Positions 35,401 to 46,651 of a stretch of 64,000 nt of DNA are shown here, in pieces. Below the pieces are notes generated by a model, which was not told the origin of the DNA, did no database searches, and was given only the letters and a program-made list of their open reading frames with translations. The position numbers were made by a program, and so were the translations under genes. The stretch is from Anthoceros angustus (Eukaryota; Plantae; Anthocerotophyta): contig VJWM01000179.1 in NCBI GenBank assembly GCA_010909165.1, positions 310,001-374,000 of the forward strand, read 5' to 3'. The first letter of the stretch is position 1. Every line of letters starts with the position of its first letter.

Positions 35401-38223
35401 ATGGCAGGAAGTGGTAATAGTTCAACGACTATTTCTAGTTGCAGTGATGGGGTTCAGGAGGACGGCGATTCTTTAGCAGAGCAGCAGTGCCAGCAAGCAG
35501 CGGATGAACGTGTGTGGGTACCGGGAAAGCGCCATCCGAAGGAGGTTAGTAGGGTCCATGCCGATTGTACTTGGTTCTCCCCCCGCACCATCTTATCGAC
35601 TTGTTTGGCAGGATGAGACAGACGAGTCGTGGAGAAAGCGTCGAAAGCATTTCTTCATTCTCAGCAATGCAGGAAAGCCCATCTTTTCAAGGTAAGGAGC
35701 CCTGAGTCTTTTTAGCCACATTGATGTCTGTTGCATCTTGGGGTTCACCGTGGGGTGGATCCAGATATGGAGATGAGGATAAGCTGGCTGGGTTTACGGC
35801 GACGTTGCAAGCAATTATGTCTTTCGTTCAAAACCGGTGCATGACCTACTTGAGTTTTCCAACGCGTTCAATGCTTTGTGGAACGCCAATTTTGCCGCCC
35901 TGCATGTCGAAGGATTGTGGATATGGCTTAACCTGACATGTGTATTTTCTTTTTCTTTTTGGTCGCGATTTTCTTGGATTATGCAGTGGGGACCTCATTC
36001 ACTCTGTACGAGCAGGAGATCATCAGGTAACCTTTCTGGTCATGGAGATAGAGGTTACATGCTCCAGAGTCTGCCCTTCCGTCTCACCGTTGAGGATTTC
36101 TTGGTCAAGGAGTTCTCATGACGTTACTGTTACTGTTTTACTACAGATTGTATTTGTTGTCAAGGGACCCCTTTACCTGGTCTCTATTTCTGCCACTGGG
36201 GAACCTATTCAGTCTCTGAAAGGGCAGCTGGAGCTGTTGCATGGACAGGTAGTCTCTGCATGTATTGGTTATGGATTGGTTTGTTTCCTTATTTTACGGC
36301 AGGCCCCAAGGTTCAAGCCAATATTTACTACTGGATGATCTGCACGGAGCATAATGCAGTTGGTGCTCATCTTGACGGAGGCAGTAGATAAATGTTTTTT
36401 AAAGAACGCGAAATTTGATATGCGGCCTCTACTTGGGGGTACCGAGATTGTCTTTTCATCTTTAATCCATGCCTTCAGCTGGTATATTGTCTTTTCATCT
36501 TTAATCCATGCCTTCAGCTGGTATATTACTTCTCAGTGCACTTCAGTCTTTGACTGTAACTGATTGGAATCTCTGCAACTACTGGTTTCCTGCCCTTGTC
36601 CGTGTACTGAAGTTTCTACCCAACAGGAATTTTGAAACTTTCCTACATGCATACACTTGCTTGCCTCTTCCTCATGCAACTAGGCAGGCGGTGGGTGCTG
36701 CTCTGGAAGAAATTGCTCAGTCAGGAGTCTTGTTTGCTCTCTTGATGTTTGGGACAAAGGTCAGCACCCATTATCTTCTCCGGTAAAAGTTTCTGTGGCA
36801 TGAGTTGTTCGTAAAATCTCTAGATGATGGTGGCCTTATCTGGATGTTTTAGGTCATAAGCCTTGCTGGTCATCAAAAAACTCCTCTTCATCCAGATGAT
36901 ATATACTTGTTGTCCAACTTTGTGTCATCATCAGCATCATTCAGGTGACTGAAGTAGTTGTCAACCCGCTGCACTGCTGCATTTGCAAATTTGCTTCATA
37001 TTCTTCTGGGTTTTCCAAAACTTTCACAGGACCACGGAGTCTTTCACACCTATATGCCTTCCCCACTTCAATGCCGCAGCTTTTCTGTACGTGTATATAC
37101 ATTACATTGAAGTAAGTTTGTGCTCGTTGAAGTAGTCACCATGTTTGAGCTTCCGCACATATTTGCATAACTAAGCATCTTTCATTGGTGGGTCTGTATC
37201 CAGGCAGATACTTGCTTGATTTTGGTCACAGTCCATTCAGATTCTTTCTTCCACCTGCAAGAGTGCAGGTATGTGAACTTTCTGTCTGAGGTTTATCTGT
37301 TGAACTGGATATGTCCTATGAACAAATTCTCGTTTGGAATGTAAAGACTGTTGCAGTTTGGGCTCATCTGGTTCATGATTTGCAGGACGCGCACGGAGGT
37401 GATTCTACGAGAGATGAATGCCTTACGTGATATCAATCTGTCAGTGTCACAAGGGGGTCTCCGGGTAGAGGAATTGCCTACTCGTGAGAGACTCCGACAA
37501 AAAGACAACGGATCTGGAAGCCAGCAAAAGTCATCGGAAGCTGGTCCCACAGGACTCTACCACTTTTTGTATAGAAGCAGCTCTTTGGACCAGTTTGTTG
37601 CATCAGAATACTCATCTGCCTTGCAGAAGCAAAGCGACCAGAAAAGGTGTTACAGAACTCTGCTGCTTCACAGCTAAGATTGTGGTGCACGCTCTTGTAT
37701 ATACCAGATCTTCACCTGAGAGTCATGGCAGCCCTGAAAGCCCACAGAATTTCTGATTCAACCGGTGTGATGTGGCAGATTGTTCAGAGCTTACCAGAAA
37801 CTGCATGGCTCTTTGCACGATATGGACGGACCCCAGGGGACTATTCACAAGATGCAGTATAAGAGAGATGAAAGTTTTGGTACGTTGTCTTAGAGGAGCC
37901 CAAGGAGTTTGGACATTTGCAGTTGTTTTGCCAGGTTCTGGTCCACGTGCAGTCTGAATATGCTATCTTTATTGCAGTTCTGCTGTCCTGGAGGACCGCA
38001 GACTTCGAACTCTACGCAGCTTTCAACCCTGCAGCTGAGAAGGTTTGCACTCTTAGGACATACTGTGGCTTGTATGTAACGCCCAAGTTTCGGGCAGACT
38101 CTGACCCTGGTTGGCCGCCTTTGAAAGCAGAGCTCAGCAATAGCTGTCTGCAACAGAGTCTGTCAGTGGCTGCGTAACATGGAAAGTGACATTTTCCTGT
38201 CGGGCACAGATCCATTTGGATGG
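35401..38223 (+). CDS. MON1: Vacuolar fusion protein MON1/SAND (Rab7 GEF subunit), multi-exon; final stop may lie just past an intron at ~38223
   Basis: [109 protein letters not shown]...PFGW. Confidence 0.96.
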
Positions 38224-39636
38224 TACGTGTGTCAAATCCGATGTTTACAGTCAAGCTGAGTTCTGCTATTGAAAGCATGATTTCCAGTTGTTTGTGCCGT
38301 GACTGCTAGACGCTTCCCTGGCTTGGCGACTCCGTAGAAACAGTGATCTAGCACTAATTTGTTTTGTTATCTTTAGACTAAAATGGTTTGTTGAGCAATA
38401 GGTTTTGCATTCGTTTGTTTTGCATTCGTTTCTTCGCCAAAAAATTAGTTTTTTGCATTCGTTATTCAGAAGTTCTTTAGCCTTTAGCTTTTGGTAATTG
38501 CTGATCGGGGGATTGGGGCGTGGTTTTAAGCCATTAGAACCGAGGCTTGAAGTTCTTTCTCTGTGTGGACTCTGCAGGGACCATTATGGATATGGTTGTT
38601 GCGAGGCCACGTTGGCTGTTCTCTGCCTAGATCATGGACGATAGATCATGGGCCTATGTAGCGTAGGAATTGATTGCCGTGTACCCGGGAGCCACCATTC
38701 TGTTTCAACTTAGTTAACTCACTTGGAAAGGGCACCTTGATAGGTATTTACAAGCTGAGCCCTGTCTGAACACAGTGATGGTGCATGATGATTGTGTCGT
38801 CGTGAATTTCTGTAGTCACATATCGCCCGCCGACCGGACCAGTCAGTCTGACACATGGCTTTGTTACGTTCTTCCTGATGACAAAGCTTGGCTGCTGACA
38901 GGGATACGAAGGTCGTTGCTGGTAACTATTTCCTTCAAATGTGAAGGCAGCAAGTGTGCAACCAAGCTTTTTCTTTGTCAATCGTTAGTCTCCAAGGCAA
39001 CCAAGCTTTCCTACTGTGGTCGCCAGCTTTCTAGAATCGTGAAGTTGTTGTCCTAGTGGCGTTCTCAGTGGGCTCGTCAGCGATATCTGAGCAAGGCTGC
39101 ACCTGGTATGGGGGTATATGCCGTATGACTCTGGCATGGGTAATAAATTCGAGCATCTGTGGCAACCAGGCAGTGTGACCTCACTTGCTTTCAGCGCAGC
39201 TTGAGATGTTTTCAACACCTTACGGTCTTGGAAGAAAGACTCGCGTGCTTGGAGCTTGGAGTTTTTTGTGACCAAGGTTTTCACCGGTCTGCTGGCGAAG
39301 AGTTCTCAACAGTCTCGTCTTCCTTTCCAAACTCTTGTTTCCAGTGCAGAAACACTTGGATCATGTTAGGGCGCTTGGGAGAGTAGCTTGGGTGGGCGGG
39401 GCCAGGAGGGTCCGACGCGAAGTGCACACCAGTTCGATTATCTGCAGAGGTTGGCGGGTTGTCATTTCATAGCCCCGGCCGGCTCGGAATTTTCGGGCCT
39501 TAGCTAGTTCAGTTGTCTCCAGGCACCACCGATCCAGGCTCTTACTTCTTCAGGGCCCTTAGTAGCCGTTTTCAGGCTGCTGCAGTTTTCACACCCGTAG
39601 TAGCCGGATTCCTCCTTAACCGAAGGAGTGGCTGGG

Positions 39637-39876
39637 ACTATGCACGTATCAGAATGAACTATGCACGTATCAAAATGAACTATGCACGTATCAGAATGAA
39701 CTATGCACGTATCATAATGAACTATGCACGTGTCAGAGTGAACTATGCACGTATCAGAGTGAACAATGCACGTATCAGAGTGAACAATGCACGTATCAGA
39801 ATGAACAATGCACGTATCAGAATGAACAATGCACGTAACTGAATGAACAATGCACGTATCAGAATGAACTATGCAA
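39637..39876. repeat. 21-bp minisatellite, ~11 copies
   Basis: Unit AAC(T/A)ATGCACGTATCAGA(A/G)TG, head-to-tail with no spacers. Confidence 0.95.
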
Positions 39877-40474
39877 ACCTGTCTACCCTTCCAAGAACGA
39901 GGCACTTTTCTTGTGTTTCTCGACCACGCCCAGTCATGAGAAGTGAACACAATCCATCGTCCAGGAATGAGGACTGCTTTGGCTGAAGAGTTGAGAAGAA
40001 CGTTGGCTGGCGGGTTGGAGTATCACCAAAATGCCGCACAACACAGAAAACCAGGTGTATGCTCACAGTCGACTACCAGCACGTGCCTATGCATCAATCC
40101 ACAGCCAGAATTGAACTTCGTGAAGAACTTTTTATGTCAATAGCTATTTGAACACCTCACTCTTGGCCTTGCAAATCAGCTCGGGCATCACTGACCGGGA
40201 ATGTGGTAGAAACACATCGCAACCCAGCAAAACTTTTGGCAGATACGTGCCGAGCCCAATCACCTGCGATGAAAACAGCTCGAATTCCAATCAAGGATGC
40301 TGCATACCACTTTTGACTGGAAGCTCATGTAAGTTCTGCAAACGAGACTTCAGCAATAGAGTACCGTACCCAAGGGATGGTTCAAAAGGGTTATGCCAAA
40401 TAATTATTTTAAAAAAATAAATTTAACATCCATATTTTAAAATTTTTCATATTTTTAAAAAATATTAAACTTCG

Positions 40475-41058
40475 GTAACACCCCATTTCTAAGGAGGTGG
40501 GGCAGGCACGCAATTAGAAGCAACAACCCCACAACACACCAGCACTAGGCCTACAACTAGCCTGTCATCTTACAAGACACCAGCACTAGGCACTAGGCCT
40601 CCAAGTACCCTGCCATCCTTCCACGGGATGACTCGTAGTCATCCTCATCATGAGTGTGGAACTAGTGCGACATGCACACACTCTAGACTCCCATGACCTC
40701 TAGGCTGTGGGCCTATCGTCATCATGAGTGTAGCACTAGTGCGACATGCACACACTCTAGGCTCCCATGACTTCTAGACTTCCACAGCCTATCCTCACAA
40801 GAGTGAAGCCCTGATGCTAGTATCAATACCAGGAAGATCCCTCTAGAGCTTGCCTCATCCCTATTTATAGGGGGCTTACATCATTCCTAAAGTAATTGCC
40901 TAAAGCAAATTACCTTCCTTTATAAGCTCTAAGCTAAAACTTCACTACCACTAACCACATAACTTACTAAACTAGATTCAGGGCTGCATGCCTTTCATGC
41001 ATGGCTCCTTCTTACTTCAAAATTTATTAAAATATAAATTTTTACATTTCTCGTGACA
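40475..41058 (-). mobile_element. Probable solo-LTR remnant (Gypsy-like)
   Basis: GTAACACCCC... start and ...CGTGACA end, internal ~80-bp direct repeats, CTATAAATAGG TATA on the minus strand at ~40860. No TSD recognised. Confidence 0.45.
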
Positions 41059-41734
41059 TTTTAATCACATACCGCACAAGCTCCCTATTCATCCATCCCT
41101 ACTTCCTATATCCTATTGTCCACCATCCCACATCCCAATCCATCCCCCATCCCTCATCCCTCATCCGGTATCCTCCGTCCCCCATCTATCCTTCATTCCA
41201 CCTCCCCCATCCTCTATTATCCCATGCTGCATGACTTACGAGCCTGAACCCAAGCCCCAAAGTTTTGCCTGGGGTCTTGAACAAAATCATCGTAAAATTA
41301 GTCGACGTTTGCAGCCGCCATTTAACGATCTCACCGCAACACCCTTTCTCATGTTCCAGCTCATAATTCTGTTCATTTCGGTAAGGGCCACTTCGCATGG
41401 GCTCATTCGCATGCCCATACTTGGTCGCGATCATTCCACAAATAATGATCGCCACCTAAGAAGTAGCCACAACAGTGATGATCTACGGTCGCTAGTGGAT
41501 TCGGCCGTAGCTGTTTTGAAGTGAGATTCTTGTTCGCTTAGTCGATATGTGTAACGAGATTTAAAATCGGCTCACAAAAGACCATGCCGATGTGGCACCG
41601 GTCACCAATATCAAGTACTGGGTTCTTTTGACATACCCTAAAAAGGCATAAGAATTTGATGGGAAAAGCCCATCCAGTAGTGGAGAACCAAGTGAGACCC
41701 TGAGGGTCGCGGTGAAAAGGAGCAACCAAGCTCC

Positions 41735-42435
41735 CTACTGGAAGTCACCAACTATGCCTACAATATCAAATGCAGGAAGAGTAAACGGCCTACAAACAAT
41801 AGAGGAAGAGGAGGATGCATAACCTATTGTCGCCGCTATTTGGATGATCGCCATGGAAAAGGCCCGTTGAAAGGCAATTGAGACCCGTTGTTTGAAGAAC
41901 GCCGTGAAGTTCGAAAGGGACAGCCCCGCACCGTGATGCGGGCATGATGAGCCTTAGGGCAGGACTTTGATGAATGTATCAAAATCCTTAGCCATCACCC
42001 CATATGTTCCAAGAACAAGAGGAATGAATTGGTGGCCCGCCTGCATCCTGCTATATTTCTTGACTTCAAGAGCCACCGCCTCGGTAGCAACTCATCCTGG
42101 ACAGTTAGTGATCACTTGTGCAGAGATGGTGTCGCGTGTAGGGTCATTGACCACCACGTTCACCATCAAAACCTGGTCACCGCGAACGAGGTACAAGTCA
42201 GCCTTGATTGACCGACCTGTACAAAGAGTGTACCCTCTCTCCCTCCAAGCCATGTAGCCACTTTCGCGGGCTATGGCGAATATGACATCATGGATGGCGT
42301 AATAGGTGGCGTTGCAATGATCCCCATGGGGACAACAAGCAAGGTGAATCCTGGAGTCGTCGAGGGCAGAGCTGCACTTCACCGGTAAGGAGGAAAGAAG
42401 CCATAGGCTAGAGCAAGCCAAGACAGAATCGCATT
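41735..42435 (-). mobile_element. 5'-truncated non-LTR retrotransposon, C-terminal restriction-like endonuclease (CRE-like)
   Basis: Zn-knuckle remnant C...HLACC, KADLY...VNVVVNDP (PD-D-like), KKY...FIPLVLGTYG, QRVSIAFQRA; internal stops. Confidence 0.72.
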
Positions 42436-42740
42436 GTTTTAAGGGTTGACGTACCCTAAACCCTAAAAAAAGGATTTGCTAGTTTTAATTGACTTGGGCA
42501 AAAGGCAAGTGGCATTCATTAGGTTTTGTCGTTTGCACAATGAAGTCAGGTTTTGGGCAAGTTCAACCTACATGCAAGTGGGCCTAATCAATCATAGTAT
42601 CTTTCTGTGAGTTCATCCAGATCAAAAAAATATTTTAATTCAATTAAATCTCCACCAAACCACCCCTCAAGAGTACGATATGTAAATATTATTTCATATA
42701 TGTTTTAAAGTAATCTTCAAAGGAAGGCTTCACTTACTCA

Positions 42741-42977
42741 TGCTTCCTGACTGTCGGGAGGAGTGATTCAGGTCTCCTCATCAATAGTCCACTCTTCACA
42801 TAATTCTTTAATACCCCACGCTCACAAGAAGAGACGTGTTGCGCTAACAAGCAGCATATGCTTCCTGACTGTTGGAAGGAGTGATTTAGGTCTCCTCATC
42901 AATAGTCCACTTTTCACATAATTCTTTAATACCCCACGCTCACAAGAAGGGACGTGTTGCGCTGACAAGCAGCATAG
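42741..42977. repeat. ~118-bp direct duplication
   Basis: TGCTTCCTGACTGT...ACAAGCAGCATA occurs twice in tandem. Confidence 0.85.
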
Positions 42978-43371
42978 CTTGTCATGTCCAGATGCCAACA
43001 ATTCCATCAATGACAAAAATGAAATGACCAGGTCTCTAAGCGACAGGCCTGATCCAGTAGCTACCATCCAAGATAGCCTAGCGCCCGTGAATAGGAAAAC
43101 ATGACACAAATCTGTGACTTGTGCCCGGCAATGCGATCCCACAGAGTTGCAAAGAAGATAAAAGATCAGTGTAGGGGCGAAGTATGGCTACCTCATTACT
43201 AGACAAACATCAACAATCCACTTAGCTAAGAGTGTTGCTCTACATATATAGCCCTTAGCTCCTACCATCTCCCGTTGATGCTTGCACCATCTTCTTGATG
43301 AACAATGGGAATATCGCTGTGCGCCTAGGCAATATAGCTTAGGCCTAATGTGTGTCCAAATGGCTTAGGCC

Positions 43372-43778
43372 AAATGGACACACATTTATAAGAACGCCGT
43401 GATTAAGCATCCTGAGCTTAGATCGGTACTTAGATGGGGTGCCTAAAGGGAGTGGATGCCCTTGGTGCAAGTAGCTTAGGCACACCATGGTACAAGTTGT
43501 CAAGTACCAAGTCCCATGACGGAAATCCGTCCTTAGTGGACTCAAATAAAATTCTTCTTCTTCTTCTAATGGACACACATTTATAAGAACGTCGTTATTA
43601 AGCATCCTGTGCTTAATTAGATCAGTACTTAGATGGGGTGCCTAAAGGGAGTGGATACCCTAGGTACAAGTAGCTTAGGCATACCCTTAGGCATACCATG
43701 ATACAAGTTGTTAAGTGCTAAGTCCCATGACGAAAATCCGTCTTTAGTGGACTTCAATAAAATTCTTCTTCTTCTTTT
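43372..43778. repeat. ~200-bp direct duplication
   Basis: AATGGACACACATTTATAAGAACG...AATAAAATTCTTCTTC occurs twice. Confidence 0.8.
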
Positions 43779-44644
43779 ATTAAGACCTTGGCCTTTTTGG
43801 CAATAATCCCTTATTTCCTTGGCCCTCGATCCTAGAGTCCCTTTTATATGTATTTATGATGTTTAAGAGTTTATAAATAGATGAACCGCGCCTATATGTA
43901 CTTATGTCAGCCGTCCTCACATGTGTCAAAGAGACATACATGGCTCATGCATACCACAAAACATACTCTCTCTACTCGCATACATACTGTTGTGAAGATA
44001 GCGCATTCTAAAGAGTGGCAGACCGAAGTTAGGTTTAGGGCACGTATCGTAGCACAAGCATAAAATAATGTTTAAGTAGCAATTTATGTGATTAAGTAAG
44101 TTTTTGGCACAATCAACTGCCTAATGATAGTTACAACTTACTTTGCCATGTATATATGCCCATTTCGGCTTTCAATAAGATATTCCTTTTTTCGATCAAA
44201 CGGATTATTTACATACCATCCACATGCATACACATACATACATGCATTCCATGCCGCATGGGCTCATTCATCAGTCTTGACAGAGGGCTTATGCCTTGTG
44301 TCAACGTTATCCCTTGCTCTCTCCTTTACTGCTTATGTGTCTAGTCAGTCTTGCTAGTGGTTACAGTTCATGGCATGACAGATGCAAACCTTTCTCATTC
44401 AATTCACCATGATCAAATAGAATACATACAGAATGCTGTGGCACACAAAGTTTTGGTTCATTTGTGCACGACATAAGTTAGAATCTTGGAAACAAGGCAA
44501 TAAGGTCACTTGCACTGTCATTGTGTATTGTGCTATATATACCAAACATACATATAAATCATTCACGGGGGTTCGCACAAGGGAACGTAGCACGCCCCGT
44601 ATGATAGTGGTCCGACCTAAAGGGCTTCTATTTACAAAACATCT

Positions 44645-45360
44645 AAGGACTTAATCTATTTGACTTATGTTGTTTATAGTGATTACCTTTTGTTGTTGTT
44701 TTGCCTTGATCTCCAAGTCTACCTAGTTCTTGGAAGCTTTTTTTGCATTAGCAGCTTTAGGGAGTGGCGTTCTAATCGGTCTGGGAATTTTGAAGCTTGC
44801 CTCTTTGATCCTTATGCTTCCTTTAAGTTACGACTTCCAGCTGGTGGTCCCTTGTGCTTTCTCTGAGTTACTCATGAGAAAAGACTTAATTTATTTGACT
44901 TTTGTTGTTGTTTTGCCTCGATCTCCAAGCCTGCTTCATCTTGGAAGATTTTTTGCATTTGCTGCTTTAGGGAGTGGCATTCTAATAGGTTTGGGATTTT
45001 GAAGCTTGGCTCTTTGATCCTTGTGCATCTTTTGAGTTATGACTTTCAGCTCATGGTAACTTGTGCTTCGTCTGAGTTATATCCTACTAGTTTACAAGTA
45101 GGATGTAAAATAAGAGGTGAAAGATAGGAGAATTTTCTTCTAGCCAACTTGAAGCCAATTATCCTGCCAACTATTTATCTCTTGTCCTCCCTTCTTTAAA
45201 GAGTGACATCGGCAGAAGCTCATCTGAGGATTAGGATATAAGCTAAGAGATGAAAGACAAGGACAATTTTTTTTTCTAGGCAACTTGAAGCCAACTATTC
45301 TGCCAATTATTTACCTCTTGTCCTCCCTTCTTTAAAGAGTGACATCTGCACAAGAGCTCA
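44645..45360. repeat. Diverged direct repeats (~235 bp x2 and ~135 bp x2)
   Basis: GACTTAATxTATTTGACTT...TTGTGCTT is duplicated, and CAACTTGAAGCCAA...GAGTGACATC is duplicated. Confidence 0.7.
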
Positions 45361-46081
45361 ATGGAACTCCATAGTCAAGTACCCTTGCGGTGGATCAATA
45401 CTAAGATGCGGTGTTTCTTGTCTCCAATTTCATGTGTCCTTGGACGAATCATAACTAAGATCGGGTGCTTCCTGTCTCCAATTTCATGTGTCTTTGGACG
45501 GATCATTACTAGGATAGGATGCCTCCAATTTCATGGTCTTATGAGACCGTAAGTAGTAAAAATCTAGCCCTTGTCCCCAATGGTGTGCAGGGTGGCATGT
45601 AGTAAAAATCTTGCCCTTGTCCAGCACGATGTGTGCGGTCGCCTCAAGTAAAAATCTTGCCCTCGTCCCCTATTGTTTGCGGAGTCGCCAGATGTAAGTG
45701 CCATATGGAGCTATCCGTAAATGATTCTGTTAAGAAAATAAATGCTTATTATATACATTGTTAGTATGTACTTAGGGTTAGTTCCCTCTAGGTAGTTAGG
45801 TTATTGCTTGTGGTTGTAACCGCTTGTGACTTAGGTACATATGTAGAGACTTGTGTCACATATAATACAATCGATCTTGTCTGTGTGTTGTTGAAGTTGT
45901 GAACGCTCGTAGAACTTTTCATGGTATCAGAGCAGGCATTCCGCTGCCTCTCTGCTCTTGTTGATGATCATGAAGTTCATCTTTATATTTAATGCCTAAT
46001 TATGAAAGTTCTTGAACTTCTGGGAGTTCTTTAATGGGCAAAAAGAGCAGATTGTGCGCGGTCTGATATGGCTGAGGCAAG

Positions 46082-46630
46082 ATGCCTAGGAAGGGCTCTG
46101 GCAAACAGGTATGGCCAGGCGCTGCTTCACAAGGCAGTTCACAGCCAACATCTAAGACTGATTTGCGTTGTTTTGGGGAGCAATTTGAGCGCTTATACTT
46201 TACCAACGCTCTTTCAACTGCAGAACAGGAGGAACGGGTCAGGTTCTTGAAAGCTTTCTTGGAAACTTATAATCCTGATCCCCCTGTTACCCAGCAGTCT
46301 ACACAATTTAGACCTGATTCTCCCTGTAATTTGACATGCCAACAGGCAGTCTGTAGATGTAGCAATTCCTATAAGCCACTAGAAGAGTCAAAGCGTTCTG
46401 ACCTGAAGCAGTTTGACGCCCTCCTCAATTCTCTCTTGAATGTGAAATCTTCAGTGCTTGAAACCTCCAGGAGAGTAAACCTTCTTATGTCACGCCTTGA
46501 TAGGCTAGAAAAGCAGAGAGAATCAGGTGCTGTAGCAGGGCTAGAGTTAGAATTGGAAGTCAAAACACACAGATCTGAAATAGACTCACTCAGGGAGCAA
46601 ATGGCTTGCCTGAGAAAACCGACTCTGTAG
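46082..46630 (+). CDS. Extra ORF (ORF0) upstream of Copia gag, 182 aa, coiled-coil C-terminal half
   Basis: ATG-initiated open frame between the PBS and gag with heptad-like LKQFDALLNSLLNV...LMSRLDRLEKQ...IDSLREQM. Function unknown. Confidence 0.55.
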   Translation: MPRKGSGKQVWPGAASQGSSQPTSKTDLRCFGEQFERLYFTNALSTAEQEERVRFLKAFLETYNPDPPVTQQSTQFRPDSPCNLTCQQAVCRCSNSYKPLEESKRSDLKQFDALLNSLLNVKSSVLETSRRVNLLMSRLDRLEKQRESGAVAGLELELEVKTHRSEIDSLREQMACLRKPTL

Positions 46631-46651
46631 TTTCTACACATCTTAGGCGTA

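Noticed and set aside
39637-39876. CRISPR-like array
   Set aside because: Head-to-tail 21-bp units with no unique spacers, in eukaryotic context with no cas genes.
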